NCBI GenBank assembly: GCA_002368665.1
Contig: DFEK01000009.1
Span: 32,962 to 96,961 of the forward strand
DNA: 64,000 nucleotides
Origin: Lachnospiraceae bacterium UBA3804
GTDB taxonomy: Bacteria > Bacillota > Clostridia > Lachnospirales > Lachnospiraceae
Reading direction: 5' to 3'
Of this stretch, positions 40,074 through 49,066 are shown piece by piece. Position 1 is the first letter of the stretch. Every line of letters starts with the position of its first letter. The translations under genes and the position numbers were made by a program. Under the pieces are notes generated by a model that made no database searches, was not told where the DNA came from, and saw nothing but the letters and a program-made list of their open reading frames with translations.

Positions 40074-41150
40074 CTATGATACACTGCCTGAGTTTTTCTC
40101 AGAATAGTACTTTGCTTTATTTACATACATCATCTCATCCGACTCTTTGAGCATTGCATCGATATCCGTGGCTCCGCCCGGTTTACAGCTGTAACCGATG
40201 GCACAGTGATATCTAGTCTCGGAAACATTCTTTTCGATACGTTCAATGAGTTCTTTAATTTCTTTTTCGCTTGACCTTACTCCGATGATGACAAATTCGT
40301 CTCCGCCGACGCGGTAAACGAAATACTTGGATTTGGTAGCCTTTTTAAAGCAACCCGCAAGTGTTGTAAGAGCTTCGTCACCGGCTGCATGTCCCTCATT
40401 ATCATTGATTGCTTTCAGTCCGTTCATATCAATGGAGATCAGCGCTGTGATATCTTTTCGGTTTACTTTGATGGCGGCATAATATGCCTGACGGTTGAAA
40501 AGACCCGTAAGCGGATCTCTGTTGGTCATTCGCAAAATGGAAAACACATAATACAGGAAAAGTGCCACAACGATTGTCGGCACAAAGATTTCCGAGTAAC
40601 GTTTGCCGATAATAAGAGGCCATCCGATACCGGATATAAATGCAAAGCAGAGAAACAGAATCGGAATGGTCTCCATCACCTGCCGGTTGCTTTGCCTAAA
40701 CAGAATAAACACAAGAACAAAACTGTAGACGCCCACCGCTATGTACGGAAGATACCCAAGCGGTCCCCTGACCAGTTCATTGGATGCATCCAGCCGGAAT
40801 ACAATGCCTGTCGGAATGGAAATAAAATTGACTACCGCAACAAGAAGCCCGGGAAGGAAAATCAGACCCCGTGCTTCTTTACCGAATGTATACAGAATCA
40901 TGGCAATAATCAACGGTGTCATACTGTAACGGATTGCCATTAATACAACCCGCACCTTCGGATAAAGGTTCTTATCTTCCAGATAAAATTCTTCAAAAAC
41001 GGCAATGGAAAACACAAAAAGACCGATGATCAGGATATACATTTTCCTGATTATCGCTTGATCCAGAACAACCGTAGTCTTAAGCATAACCGCAAAAGCT
41101 AACAGAATCAGGATGGCTGTCCAGTTTTGCAAAAGATATTCCAATATCAT
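40074..41150 (-). CDS. membrane-bound diguanylate cyclase (GGDEF)
   Basis: About 6 TM segments followed by a GGDEF domain (RVGGDEFVII). Confidence 0.85.
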   Translation of the reverse strand: MILEYLLQNWTAILILLAFAVMLKTTVVLDQAIIRKMYILIIGLFVFSIAVFEEFYLEDKNLYPKVRVVLMAIRYSMTPLIIAMILYTFGKEARGLIFLPGLLVAVVNFISIPTGIVFRLDASNELVRGPLGYLPYIAVGVYSFVLVFILFRQSNRQVMETIPILFLCFAFISGIGWPLIIGKRYSEIFVPTIVVALFLYYVFSILRMTNRDPLTGLFNRQAYYAAIKVNRKDITALISIDMNGLKAINDNEGHAAGDEALTTLAGCFKKATKSKYFVYRVGGDEFVIIGVRSSEKEIKELIERIEKNVSETRYHCAIGYSCKPGGATDIDAMLKESDEMMYVNKAKYYSEKNSGSVS

Positions 41151-41229
41151 ATAAGTAACCCCACTGTTTTTATATTATATCACAAACAGTGGGGTTTCTC
41201 CATCTTTGAATTTATTATTGAACATATTG

Positions 41230-42672
41230 TCAAAAACCAAGGAATTTCTTTAAATCCCGATTGGAAAGAAGATCCTTCTTATGCAGTCCAAAGGAATGTC
41301 CCGGAACGATCTCCAGATAGCGGTCCAGAAATTCCCCATACGTTTTGGCCTCGAAGCAGTCAGGCGTGATAAAAAACGTCCTGTTGCCGCCCGTTACACG
41401 ATCTCCTGCCTGTACCTCCACCTTATAGTCACCGGATTGCATTTTGTCGAAACGATACCGTTCGAGGTTCCATCCGTGCACTTCAACATGTCCGTACGGA
41501 ACATCATACGATGCAACTACCGGGTTGGTCATAAGGGCATACTCCCGATAATCATACTCCACACTTTCTATAAACTTCTCGGCAGAGCCACAATCACAAA
41601 TATAATAATTCCCGCTTCTTCCGTAGTCCCTTACGAATTCCCACTCTCCGTCAATCCGACGTATATCATAGTCCACGCGCCCTTTGATTTTTCTACGGTC
41701 AAACCAGTGATAGTCTCTTTTGACATTTTTGTATGCCTTATCCAGATAGGTCTTTATATCCATGCCATATTTGAACTTCTCTTCCGGATTGGAGTTTTGC
41801 ACGGATTCTTTCGTATACTCACAAAGAAAATCGATAAATTCATCCGTGGTAGAACCGTCCTTCCATTCATCAATAAGTATCTCGTCTCTGTACCCTTTCG
41901 AAGTCTGTGCGAAAACATACTTTCCATGGTTCGGTACAATCTCCCACGGCTTACTTTTCTTCATTTGCGTTATACTTGCCCATGGATATTGTTTTGAAAG
42001 CTTCTTCCGCGCTTTTTCGTAATATACATCAATATCGGTTCCGTATTTCAATAACTTCTGATCCGTTGAAGGATTCCGGTTCAGTGCCTCTTCCTTTTTA
42101 CGCTCTTTTTCGCTTTCTTCTTCCGCTTCAAAAATATCATCGGAACTAAGCGGCATCCAGGCCCATACTTCTTCCATGGAATAAGAGGCTAATGCAGGTG
42201 CGTAAATAAACGCTCCGTCCTTTTTTCCGTACCGCTCCCACCTGCCGGCGGCTAAATTACCGGTATCGAGGATCAGAAAACAATATTGCTCGCTTTTGGG
42301 GAAATCTCCGTCTTCAAACGACTTTAATCCGTCGAACCGAACCGAGTAAACATCATCCCCTGGGACACCGAAATTAATTAAACCCATATCTTCCTCTTCC
42401 AGACAATTGGAGGGATTATATCGGTCCAGCGAATGCCACTTTGCAACCTCTTCAGAGGAAACCGAATCCCCTGTCCCGCGGACAAAATCTCCCGCTGTTG
42501 TTTTTTTATTCGCATAGTCATCGTAATTGGCCGGATTCCATTCACCGCCGGTGTATCGTCCGTCTTTTAATTCAAGAAGGCAGAATTCCCCGTACCGCGG
42601 CATATCCTTCGGTTCGATATTGTGAAACTCGTTAAAAGACAAAGTTATATTCTTATAGTCGCACTTGAACAT
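41230..42672 (-). CDS. uncharacterised soluble protein with two internally duplicated modules
   Basis: GAGGGAG lies 6 nt before the ATG at 42670-42672; the ORF track starts at 42696. No TM or signal peptide and no motif I recognise. Internal duplications are described in the findings. Confidence 0.6.
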   Translation of the reverse strand: MFKCDYKNITLSFNEFHNIEPKDMPRYGEFCLLELKDGRYTGGEWNPANYDDYANKKTTAGDFVRGTGDSVSSEEVAKWHSLDRYNPSNCLEEEDMGLINFGVPGDDVYSVRFDGLKSFEDGDFPKSEQYCFLILDTGNLAAGRWERYGKKDGAFIYAPALASYSMEEVWAWMPLSSDDIFEAEEESEKERKKEEALNRNPSTDQKLLKYGTDIDVYYEKARKKLSKQYPWASITQMKKSKPWEIVPNHGKYVFAQTSKGYRDEILIDEWKDGSTTDEFIDFLCEYTKESVQNSNPEEKFKYGMDIKTYLDKAYKNVKRDYHWFDRRKIKGRVDYDIRRIDGEWEFVRDYGRSGNYYICDCGSAEKFIESVEYDYREYALMTNPVVASYDVPYGHVEVHGWNLERYRFDKMQSGDYKVEVQAGDRVTGGNRTFFITPDCFEAKTYGEFLDRYLEIVPGHSFGLHKKDLLSNRDLKKFLGF

Positions 42673-42796
42673 ATCCGACTCCCTCAATCCTTTCATCCCA
42701 CTTTCTAAGAATCAAACGTTCGGTTTTAAGTATTCCCTTCACTTCCCTGCCCCCCTCATAATGCATCTTTACGGCTCACTGTCTGATGTCTATTAT

Positions 42797-42827
42797 ACAA
42801 CAAAAGAAGGTGGTTTTCACCACCTTC
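42797..42827 (-). terminator. rho-independent terminator of the lipoprotein gene
   Basis: GAAGGTGG/CCACCTTC 8-bp stem (42806-42813 / 42820-42827), followed on the minus strand by TTTTGTTGT. Confidence 0.7.
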
Positions 42828-42866
42828 CTCGTCTTCGTAACTTATCAAAGTATCGGATCAAAAGTT

Positions 42867-43781
42867 TTATTTGCTCAGAAAATCCTCGACATTGTATCCG
42901 GTATCATCACCGGGATAGAAAACAAAGCCGTCCTGACCGATGAATTCCCTTGCAACCTGTACCACACCTTCTTTGGTCGGTACGATTCTGTAGAATTCAA
43001 TCGTTCTATTCCATTTCGAGGTACCCAGTATAAATGTATGATGTGCTTTGAGACATTTGTATCCGTCCTTGGTTTCATAAACATAAGTTTCAGAGATGTA
43101 ATCCGGATTCCCGTTCTCAAATTTCGCTATATATCCTTCTTCCAATTCCTCAAGGGGTGCAATATTTTCCCCTTCCCCGATAAGCGGAATACCGTATCTT
43201 ACGGTGTTTTTAAAGTTTTTTCCTTCAAAGAATGTTTTCGGAACAGCCGCCATCATGAAATCTCCGCCCATCACATCCGTACCGACTTCTCCTTCGGGAG
43301 CTTCAGATTTATCGTAGTGAAAACTGATTATGTCTCCCTCGCATACTATTCCGTCCGAATGATGATAATATCCGCCCTGAGAGTATTCGAGATATTCCAG
43401 TAAATAATTATAATCCGAGATCGGATAGTCCTCTTTCATCTTCTGAAATTCCTCTGCCGGGCCACGGTTAAAACCGGGGATTTCATCAACTTTTTCAGGT
43501 ATCTGCATTCCGAGATAGATTTCTGCGTAACACAGTTCTTCCTCATTTGTGACAAGATACATCGTATATTGGTCCGGCGCAAATTGGGAGCCTAAATATC
43601 CGCAACTCACATTGTATACAACAGCTCCTTCCACGGACTGCTCCTTGTTTTCCACGGGTTCTGCCACAGGTGTCTCAGAATCCGTCGGTGTTCCGCAAAG
43701 AACTTCAGACGTTACATTTCTTGTACATCCTGCCAGAAGAAGGACCGCAACCAGTCCGATCAGAATTCCTCTTGTTTTCAT
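42867..43781 (-). CDS. lipoprotein, unknown function
   Basis: Signal peptide with lipobox LLLAGC. 304 aa. Confidence 0.65.
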   Translation of the reverse strand: MKTRGILIGLVAVLLLAGCTRNVTSEVLCGTPTDSETPVAEPVENKEQSVEGAVVYNVSCGYLGSQFAPDQYTMYLVTNEEELCYAEIYLGMQIPEKVDEIPGFNRGPAEEFQKMKEDYPISDYNYLLEYLEYSQGGYYHHSDGIVCEGDIISFHYDKSEAPEGEVGTDVMGGDFMMAAVPKTFFEGKNFKNTVRYGIPLIGEGENIAPLEELEEGYIAKFENGNPDYISETYVYETKDGYKCLKAHHTFILGTSKWNRTIEFYRIVPTKEGVVQVAREFIGQDGFVFYPGDDTGYNVEDFLSK

Positions 43782-43882
43782 TTTTCATGCCCCTTTCTCT
43801 TTGTAAAACCGCCTACATACAATATACGGATCAGAGACTTGTTTTTATTGGAAAATTCAAAAATATCTTTACACTGCTCTTC

Positions 43883-43911
43883 TTGACATACACTTCATCC
43901 GGAAATACTAT
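43883..43911 (+). promoter_or_regulatory. sigma-A-type promoter
   Basis: TTGACA (43883-43888), 17 nt, TACTAT (43906-43911), about 30 nt upstream of the ATG at 43944. Confidence 0.6.
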
Positions 43912-43943
43912 TAGTTCATATCAACGAATCGGGGGATAAAAGC

Positions 43944-45104
43944 ATGACCAAACGACCCTCTCCCACGGGAGAATACGCTGTCGGAACATGCACATATACC
44001 GTCTATAATGACAGAGAAGAAGTTCTTGCACCCGGAACCATGCGAAGCATCTCGGCAAGGCTTTATTACCCTGTGTCCGGGAAATCCGTCAAAGGCATGG
44101 CGATGACGCGCTATATGTCAAGGAATGTTGCCAAGGGTCTGGCCAAATCCGTACATGCCCCCATCAATTATGATAAAAGAGAAGCAACCGGCGATAATGT
44201 CTCGGAATGTTATACGGATGCACCTGTGATTGGCGGAGTGAAATTTCCGCTGGTCGTTTTCAGTCACGGCTATTTTGCCTATCGTGAATCCAATGCCTTT
44301 CTCTGCATTGAACTTGCATCACATGGTTACGTCGTCCTTTGCATAGGACATCCTCTCGAAGCCTGCTGTACCGAATTTGATGACGGAAGTTTCATTTTCT
44401 CCCTCAAAGGATTAAGCAATAAACAATACGAACCCTTTCTTGGCGGAATAATCCATGCCATGAAACTGACGCATAATAAAAAAGGCACCGAACGCGAACT
44501 TGCGGCGCAGTTTGACGAATTGCAGCGCAGTTATTGTAAATTCTTAATGAGTAGAGTACCTGAATGGGAGAAAGACACGCTCAGCGCGGTTGCGTATGCG
44601 AAAGAGCATTATGCGGATCTGATTGATTTTACTCCCGGCATTGCCGTTACCGGCCATTCATTCGGCGGTGCGACGGCCTACGCACTCTGCCAGCATAATT
44701 CGGAATATGTCTGCGGCGTCAATCTTGATGGCATGCTGCTCGGTGACTACAAAGACATGATCATGACCAAGCCCTTCCTGCAAATCTGCTGCAAGGGCAA
44801 TTACTGTGCGGAAACGAAGAGCCTTATCGATCACTCGGCGCCCGTGTACCTTGCAAAGTTTGAGGGCATGCAACACCTTGGTTTCACCGACATGAAACAC
44901 ATGATGGCGATCAGGGCGCTCACCGGTAAACTGAACGCCGACATTGCCTTCGAAAACATACGTAAGCTCCATCTTGAATTCTTTGAAGCATACTTTAGAA
45001 AATCAAAAGAGTACCCCGATTTTGAAAGCAATGAGGCAGTTACCGTGAAGGTGTATGAACCGGATGTCCCGATGCCGTCTCCCTCATCTTCCAGTTCCTG
45101 TTGA
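43944..45104 (+). CDS. alpha/beta hydrolase (PAF-acetylhydrolase/dienelactone-hydrolase-like)
   Basis: 386 aa with a GHSFGGATA nucleophile elbow. The low-complexity tail (PSPSSSSSC) overlaps the convergent gene. Confidence 0.7.
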   Translation: MTKRPSPTGEYAVGTCTYTVYNDREEVLAPGTMRSISARLYYPVSGKSVKGMAMTRYMSRNVAKGLAKSVHAPINYDKREATGDNVSECYTDAPVIGGVKFPLVVFSHGYFAYRESNAFLCIELASHGYVVLCIGHPLEACCTEFDDGSFIFSLKGLSNKQYEPFLGGIIHAMKLTHNKKGTERELAAQFDELQRSYCKFLMSRVPEWEKDTLSAVAYAKEHYADLIDFTPGIAVTGHSFGGATAYALCQHNSEYVCGVNLDGMLLGDYKDMIMTKPFLQICCKGNYCAETKSLIDHSAPVYLAKFEGMQHLGFTDMKHMMAIRALTGKLNADIAFENIRKLHLEFFEAYFRKSKEYPDFESNEAVTVKVYEPDVPMPSPSSSSSC

Positions 45105-45735
45105 TCAAATATGCAAAACCTTTCGCCATCCTTACCTCCGGCTCTGCGAAATGATTTCCTTCGTTCCACTCTAACGTCACGTCCGTCACCGTATCATAGT
45201 ATTCGGCAAGTTCACGGATGCAGTTTCCTACGGACGCAAGAGTTCTGTTCTTTGTTTTTTCCTCTTTATCACCAAGGCTTAAATAAATGTAGTCCGCGTT
45301 GATTTCATTTTCTTTGGCATATTCCGTAAAGCCGGGAAACCATACCGACGGAGAAGCAGCGGCAATTCTTTCAAACACATTGGTCTTATAAGCGCTGTAA
45401 AGGGCAAACAGCCCCGCCAAAGAATAACCGCCTAAAATATATCGTCTTTTATCGTCTTCTTCCGCATTTGCCTCAAATATAACGTTATTCAAAACCCACG
45501 ACAGGGTTTCATCGGCGCCTGATCCAAAGTCCTCATTTCCGTATACCGACGGTGCTTTCCAGGGCGACAAATCCTTATTCCAATCATCAACACACACAGC
45601 AATTAAACCAAAGTCCCTGTCGGTTAATCCCCTGATCAGATCTACTTCGTGTTCCATCGAAGATAATTCACGTTCATCTACCAATTGTATCAATACAATA
45701 TTTGATTTTTCGTTTCCAAATCGTGTAATTTTCAT
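45040..45735 (-). CDS. putative esterase (PF00756-like alpha/beta hydrolase)
   Basis: ATG at 45733-45735 (MKITRFGNE...) is preferred over the TTG at 45822. GYSLAG nucleophile elbow. Confidence 0.65.
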   Translation of the reverse strand: MKITRFGNEKSNIVLIQLVDERELSSMEHEVDLIRGLTDRDFGLIAVCVDDWNKDLSPWKAPSVYGNEDFGSGADETLSWVLNNVIFEANAEEDDKRRYILGGYSLAGLFALYSAYKTNVFERIAAASPSVWFPGFTEYAKENEINADYIYLSLGDKEEKTKNRTLASVGNCIRELAEYYDTVTDVTLEWNEGNHFAEPEVRMAKGFAYLINRNWKMRETASGHPVHTPSR

Positions 45736-45854
45736 CGCTGTTTTTTCAGTCTTTCCAGTTCCTCTTCGAACAAACTCAAAGAAGTGAATCAACTCTTTCG
45801 GGGTTGGCTGAGCTCCTGCCAAAACTTCATAGTATAATTTTGCTTGTCAATGGA

Positions 45855-46472
45855 TTACCTAATAAAATTCGTCCACTGATGCTCTTCTTTTTCGGGAAGA
45901 CCGAATTTCTCTTTGCCAAGTGCAATACTCTTCATCAGGAAAGACATGTTTCTCGCAAGAACCCGCAATGTCTGAAGACCTTCCGAATCCTGCTCCGCCT
46001 GGCCTTTTTCGGCACCGTGAAGGCTGTTCCAGTATTGGCTGGAGGCAACCGGCATTCCGCTGATGGTAAAGTATTTGTTGAGTTCATCATAGGTGGCACT
46101 GCAGCCGCCTCTTCTTGCCACTGCAACGGATGCTCCGACCTTCATCGTTTTATCGAAATGAGAGCTGTAGAAAAGTCTGTCCAGGCACGAAATCAGCGTA
46201 CCGTTTGCCGAAGCATAATAAACAGGCGATGCAATCACCAAACCGTCAGCCTCCTCAAAAGCTGCAGCGATTTCATTTACCGGATCGTTAAAAACACATT
46301 TCCCGGTTTCCGCACATGAACCGCATGAAACGCAGCCGCGCACATTTTTGTTTCCGATCTGAAACACCGTCGTTTCAATGCCTTCCTCATCAAAGATCTT
46401 AACCATCTCATTTACTCCCACTGTCGTGTTTCCACCCACTCTGGGGCTTCCGTTAATAATAACTACTTTCAT
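45855..46472 (-). CDS. NAD(P)H-dependent FMN reductase/iron-sulfur flavoprotein-like oxidoreductase
   Basis: MKVVIINGSPRVGGNT N-terminus and a compact Cys motif, CVSCGSCAETGKC. Confidence 0.75.
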   Translation of the reverse strand: MKVVIINGSPRVGGNTTVGVNEMVKIFDEEGIETTVFQIGNKNVRGCVSCGSCAETGKCVFNDPVNEIAAAFEEADGLVIASPVYYASANGTLISCLDRLFYSSHFDKTMKVGASVAVARRGGCSATYDELNKYFTISGMPVASSQYWNSLHGAEKGQAEQDSEGLQTLRVLARNMSFLMKSIALGKEKFGLPEKEEHQWTNFIR

Positions 46473-46500
46473 ATGTTCCTCCTTTTTGCGAAATCATTCC

Positions 46501-46971
46501 TTAATTATTTTGATATTTCTCCAGTGCTTTCTCCATCTTCTTATCTTCTGCTTTTTCCTTAAGCTTGCTTACTCCGATGGCAATTGCCGAGCAGATGGCA
46601 AACGATATAAAGAAACCGACCCACGCAAGCACGTCACTTAAGGGAAACCACTTAAACAGTGCGACATATCCGGCAATAATACCGGTGGTAATCACAAAAA
46701 AGCAGATATTTCTTGCAATTAAAGGCATGTACTTAATCAGACCGTCAGTAAAGAAAATATTCCTAAGAATCGTAATCAACGTCGACAAAGACAGAAGCTG
46801 CAGTATCGTGCCGGTTGCAAGGCCCCGGCTGCCAAGGGCAAACAGAGAAGAATACTCTTTCGCAGATTCTCCGATAATGAGACCAAAGACAACAAAAATG
46901 ACAATAATAATGCCGAATGTGGTAAATAACTGGCTGATATAATGAAAAATCGTTTTCTTCTCTTCCATCAC
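46501..46971 (-). CDS. small 4-TM membrane protein (DUF3021-like), probable partner of the LytTR regulator
   Basis: 156 aa with four hydrophobic segments. Its start overlaps the LytTR gene stop by 4 nt. Confidence 0.6.
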   Translation of the reverse strand: MMEEKKTIFHYISQLFTTFGIIIVIFVVFGLIIGESAKEYSSLFALGSRGLATGTILQLLSLSTLITILRNIFFTDGLIKYMPLIARNICFFVITTGIIAGYVALFKWFPLSDVLAWVGFFISFAICSAIAIGVSKLKEKAEDKKMEKALEKYQNN

Positions 46972-47408
46972 TTTACTCCCAATCTCTTTCTAAGTTCATC
47001 CGAGTACATGCGCGAAACCACAATCTGTTCACCGTTCAGAAGCGTTACACGGATCTTTCTGTTGATATCGGCTTTGAGGCTTTTCACCTTCTTGAGATTC
47101 AGTAACCCCTGCTTGGAAATCCGGATAAAATCACGCTGCGAAAGCTGGTTTTCAAACTCATAAAGTTTCAACCCGGACTCATAGGTTTCGTCTTCGGTGT
47201 AGACGAAGGTCGAACGTTCCACAGCCTCGATATAAAGGATTGTGCTTGCGTCAAGCAGCACGGTCTCATCGTCTTTTTTTACCGGAATCTGCATATCCAC
47301 GATGCGGATCAATGACACAATTCGCTCGACTTCGGGAGTCAGAGCGGGGGTTGTGACTTTTACGCCGATATCGGGGTATTTCTCATCAATGTCTATTTCA
47401 ATCTTCAT
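46968..47408 (-). CDS. stand-alone LytTR-domain transcriptional regulator (no receiver domain)
   Basis: 146 aa with a LytTR core (ILYIEAVERSTFVYTEDETY...FIRISKQGLLNLKKV). Confidence 0.85.
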   Translation of the reverse strand: MKIEIDIDEKYPDIGVKVTTPALTPEVERIVSLIRIVDMQIPVKKDDETVLLDASTILYIEAVERSTFVYTEDETYESGLKLYEFENQLSQRDFIRISKQGLLNLKKVKSLKADINRKIRVTLLNGEQIVVSRMYSDELRKRLGVK

Positions 47409-48095
47409 TCAATCCAGTCCTTTTCTTTGGTATGCAAAGATAAACGCACCAAGCAATACGATGGCATTTGCAAAGATAATCATTACGCTTGCGTGGCTGA
47501 TTTCCCGGGGATTCATTCCGTCAAGTATCTCTTTCAACTGCAGTGTATAGAATATTTTGGCCACCTTGCGGATGGTGTCGTTGAACATCGCAAGCATCGG
47601 TGCAAAGGCCAAAATCAGCATAACCGGCATGGTCAGGGAGGTTGCCATCATCAGGTTTCTGGCAAAAGTACCAATGGCTGCCCCTGCCAAAATGGAAATC
47701 ATAAAACCGATACCCATGATTCCAAGAAATGCAGGACGCCTATCTTGGGTAACTCCCATCATCATTACCATAGCACCAATCATGCAAAGTGTCCAAACAT
47801 AAATGCCGACACCGAGCAGATACTCAAAGGGACGGACATTGGCCATCATGAGTACACGCAGGGTATTCTTCTCCTTTTCTTCCGCAATGATGGATGCGGT
47901 CGCGGTCAGAGGCGCCATGCCGATATACATCACGGCAAACAGTTTCGTAAAGAACATCTCCTGCATTCCTTCGATATGAATTGCATTCTCCATGACGACG
48001 GTAAGAACCGGAAAAAGGATGAACTGGATGAGAATGGTCTTATTTTTTAATGTATCTGCGAGTTGTTTGCGAATAATTACAAGTATGTTTTTCAT
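47409..48095 (-). CDS. ABC-2 type transporter permease
   Basis: 228 aa with 6 TM segments. Abuts the ATPase and LytTR genes with no gap. Confidence 0.75.
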   Translation of the reverse strand: MKNILVIIRKQLADTLKNKTILIQFILFPVLTVVMENAIHIEGMQEMFFTKLFAVMYIGMAPLTATASIIAEEKEKNTLRVLMMANVRPFEYLLGVGIYVWTLCMIGAMVMMMGVTQDRRPAFLGIMGIGFMISILAGAAIGTFARNLMMATSLTMPVMLILAFAPMLAMFNDTIRKVAKIFYTLQLKEILDGMNPREISHASVMIIFANAIVLLGAFIFAYQRKGLD

Positions 48096-48881
48096 TTAGA
48101 TTTCCTCCCTCGCTTCTTTCCCGGTGATATCCAGAAAAACCGCTTCCAAAATATCTGCGTAAGACGGTTCGATGTGGATTCTTCCCTCCGCTTCGTACCT
48201 GCGGCAGATCTCGACGGGGTTCCCTTCTTCGGCTATTTTGCCATTGTTTAAGAAGAAAACTTTATCGCAGAGTCTTGCAGCTTCTTCCATGTTGTGAGTG
48301 GTCAGGAAAATCGTCGCGCCTTCCTTTTTCTTCTCTTCGATGATTCGGCATACTGCTCTTGCGGACTTCGGATCAAGGCCGCTTGTGGGTTCATCGAGAA
48401 AAATGATGTCCGGATTATGCATGAAAACTCTTGCCAGCTGTAATCTTGATTTCATGCCCTTTGAGAGATTCATCACACTACATCTGTAGGCCTCTTCCAA
48501 ACCAACGCTTTGCATAGCCGGACGTATTTTACTGTGAGGAACACCATATATATCCGCAAAAACCTTCAGATTTCCGACACAGCTTAAGCGTTCGTACAGA
48601 CCAAAATTGTCCATCAAAATTCCAAATCGGAGTTTGTCCCTGCCGGTAAGATTGCGTGCCTCTGTGCCGGCGTTTTCGTCTGCCCCGCCCTCTTCATTGA
48701 AGACGCGGACCGAACCGCCGTCATAGCTTAATTGACCTGTGAGAATTTTAATCATTGTGGTTTTGCCGGCTCCCGAAGGACCGAGAAGTCCCACGATGCT
48801 TCCCCGGGGAACATCGAAGGATATATTGTTAAGGACCCGTTTATCGCGGAAAGATTTGCTTAAGTTCGAAACGTGAATCAT
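48096..48881 (-). CDS. ABC transporter ATP-binding protein
   Basis: ORF track runs to 49100, but GGAGGA lies 6 nt before the ATG at 48879-48881 (MIHVSNLSKSF). Walker A GPSGAGKTT, signature LSKGMKSRL, Walker B IIFLDEPTSGLD. Confidence 0.9.
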   Translation of the reverse strand: MIHVSNLSKSFRDKRVLNNISFDVPRGSIVGLLGPSGAGKTTMIKILTGQLSYDGGSVRVFNEEGGADENAGTEARNLTGRDKLRFGILMDNFGLYERLSCVGNLKVFADIYGVPHSKIRPAMQSVGLEEAYRCSVMNLSKGMKSRLQLARVFMHNPDIIFLDEPTSGLDPKSARAVCRIIEEKKKEGATIFLTTHNMEEAARLCDKVFFLNNGKIAEEGNPVEICRRYEAEGRIHIEPSYADILEAVFLDITGKEAREEI

Positions 48882-48907
48882 ATGTCGTCCTCCTTTTCGT
48901 TGACACC

Positions 48908-48978
48908 AAAATATCAGTGTTTGAAAAGAAGGACAACAGGCTTTAACGCAAGTTGCCTTAATTGTTACGCAAGTTGCC
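48908..48978 (-). promoter_or_regulatory. promoter of the ABC-LytTR operon with an upstream LytTR-type direct-repeat box
   Basis: Minus strand TTGTCC (48931-48936), 17 nt, TG-n-TATTTT (48908-48913). The 12-bp direct repeat ACGCAAGTTGCC occurs at 48946-48957 and 48967-48978, giving a 21-bp period and a 9-bp spacer. Confidence 0.65.
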
Positions 48979-49066
48979 CAAACACCCCATAAAAATACCC
49001 CGTTCCATTCGTTATAAATATATAAGGGCGTAAAACACTGCCTGTGAAATCGAAAGGATACATCAT

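Noticed and set aside
41167-41205. 12-bp-stem hairpin between the 480-aa gene and the GGDEF gene, considered as a terminator
   Set aside because: No U-tract follows on the coding (minus) strand. The loop contains TGATATAAT, an extended -10 that more likely serves the downstream GGDEF gene.
42735-42758. G-rich tract (GAGGGGGGCAGGGAAGTGAAGGG in mRNA sense) in the leader of the 480-aa gene, considered as a G-quadruplex or c-di-GMP riboswitch
   Set aside because: I could not align it to the GEMM-I/II cores, and the G-tract geometry is marginal. I have no support beyond composition.
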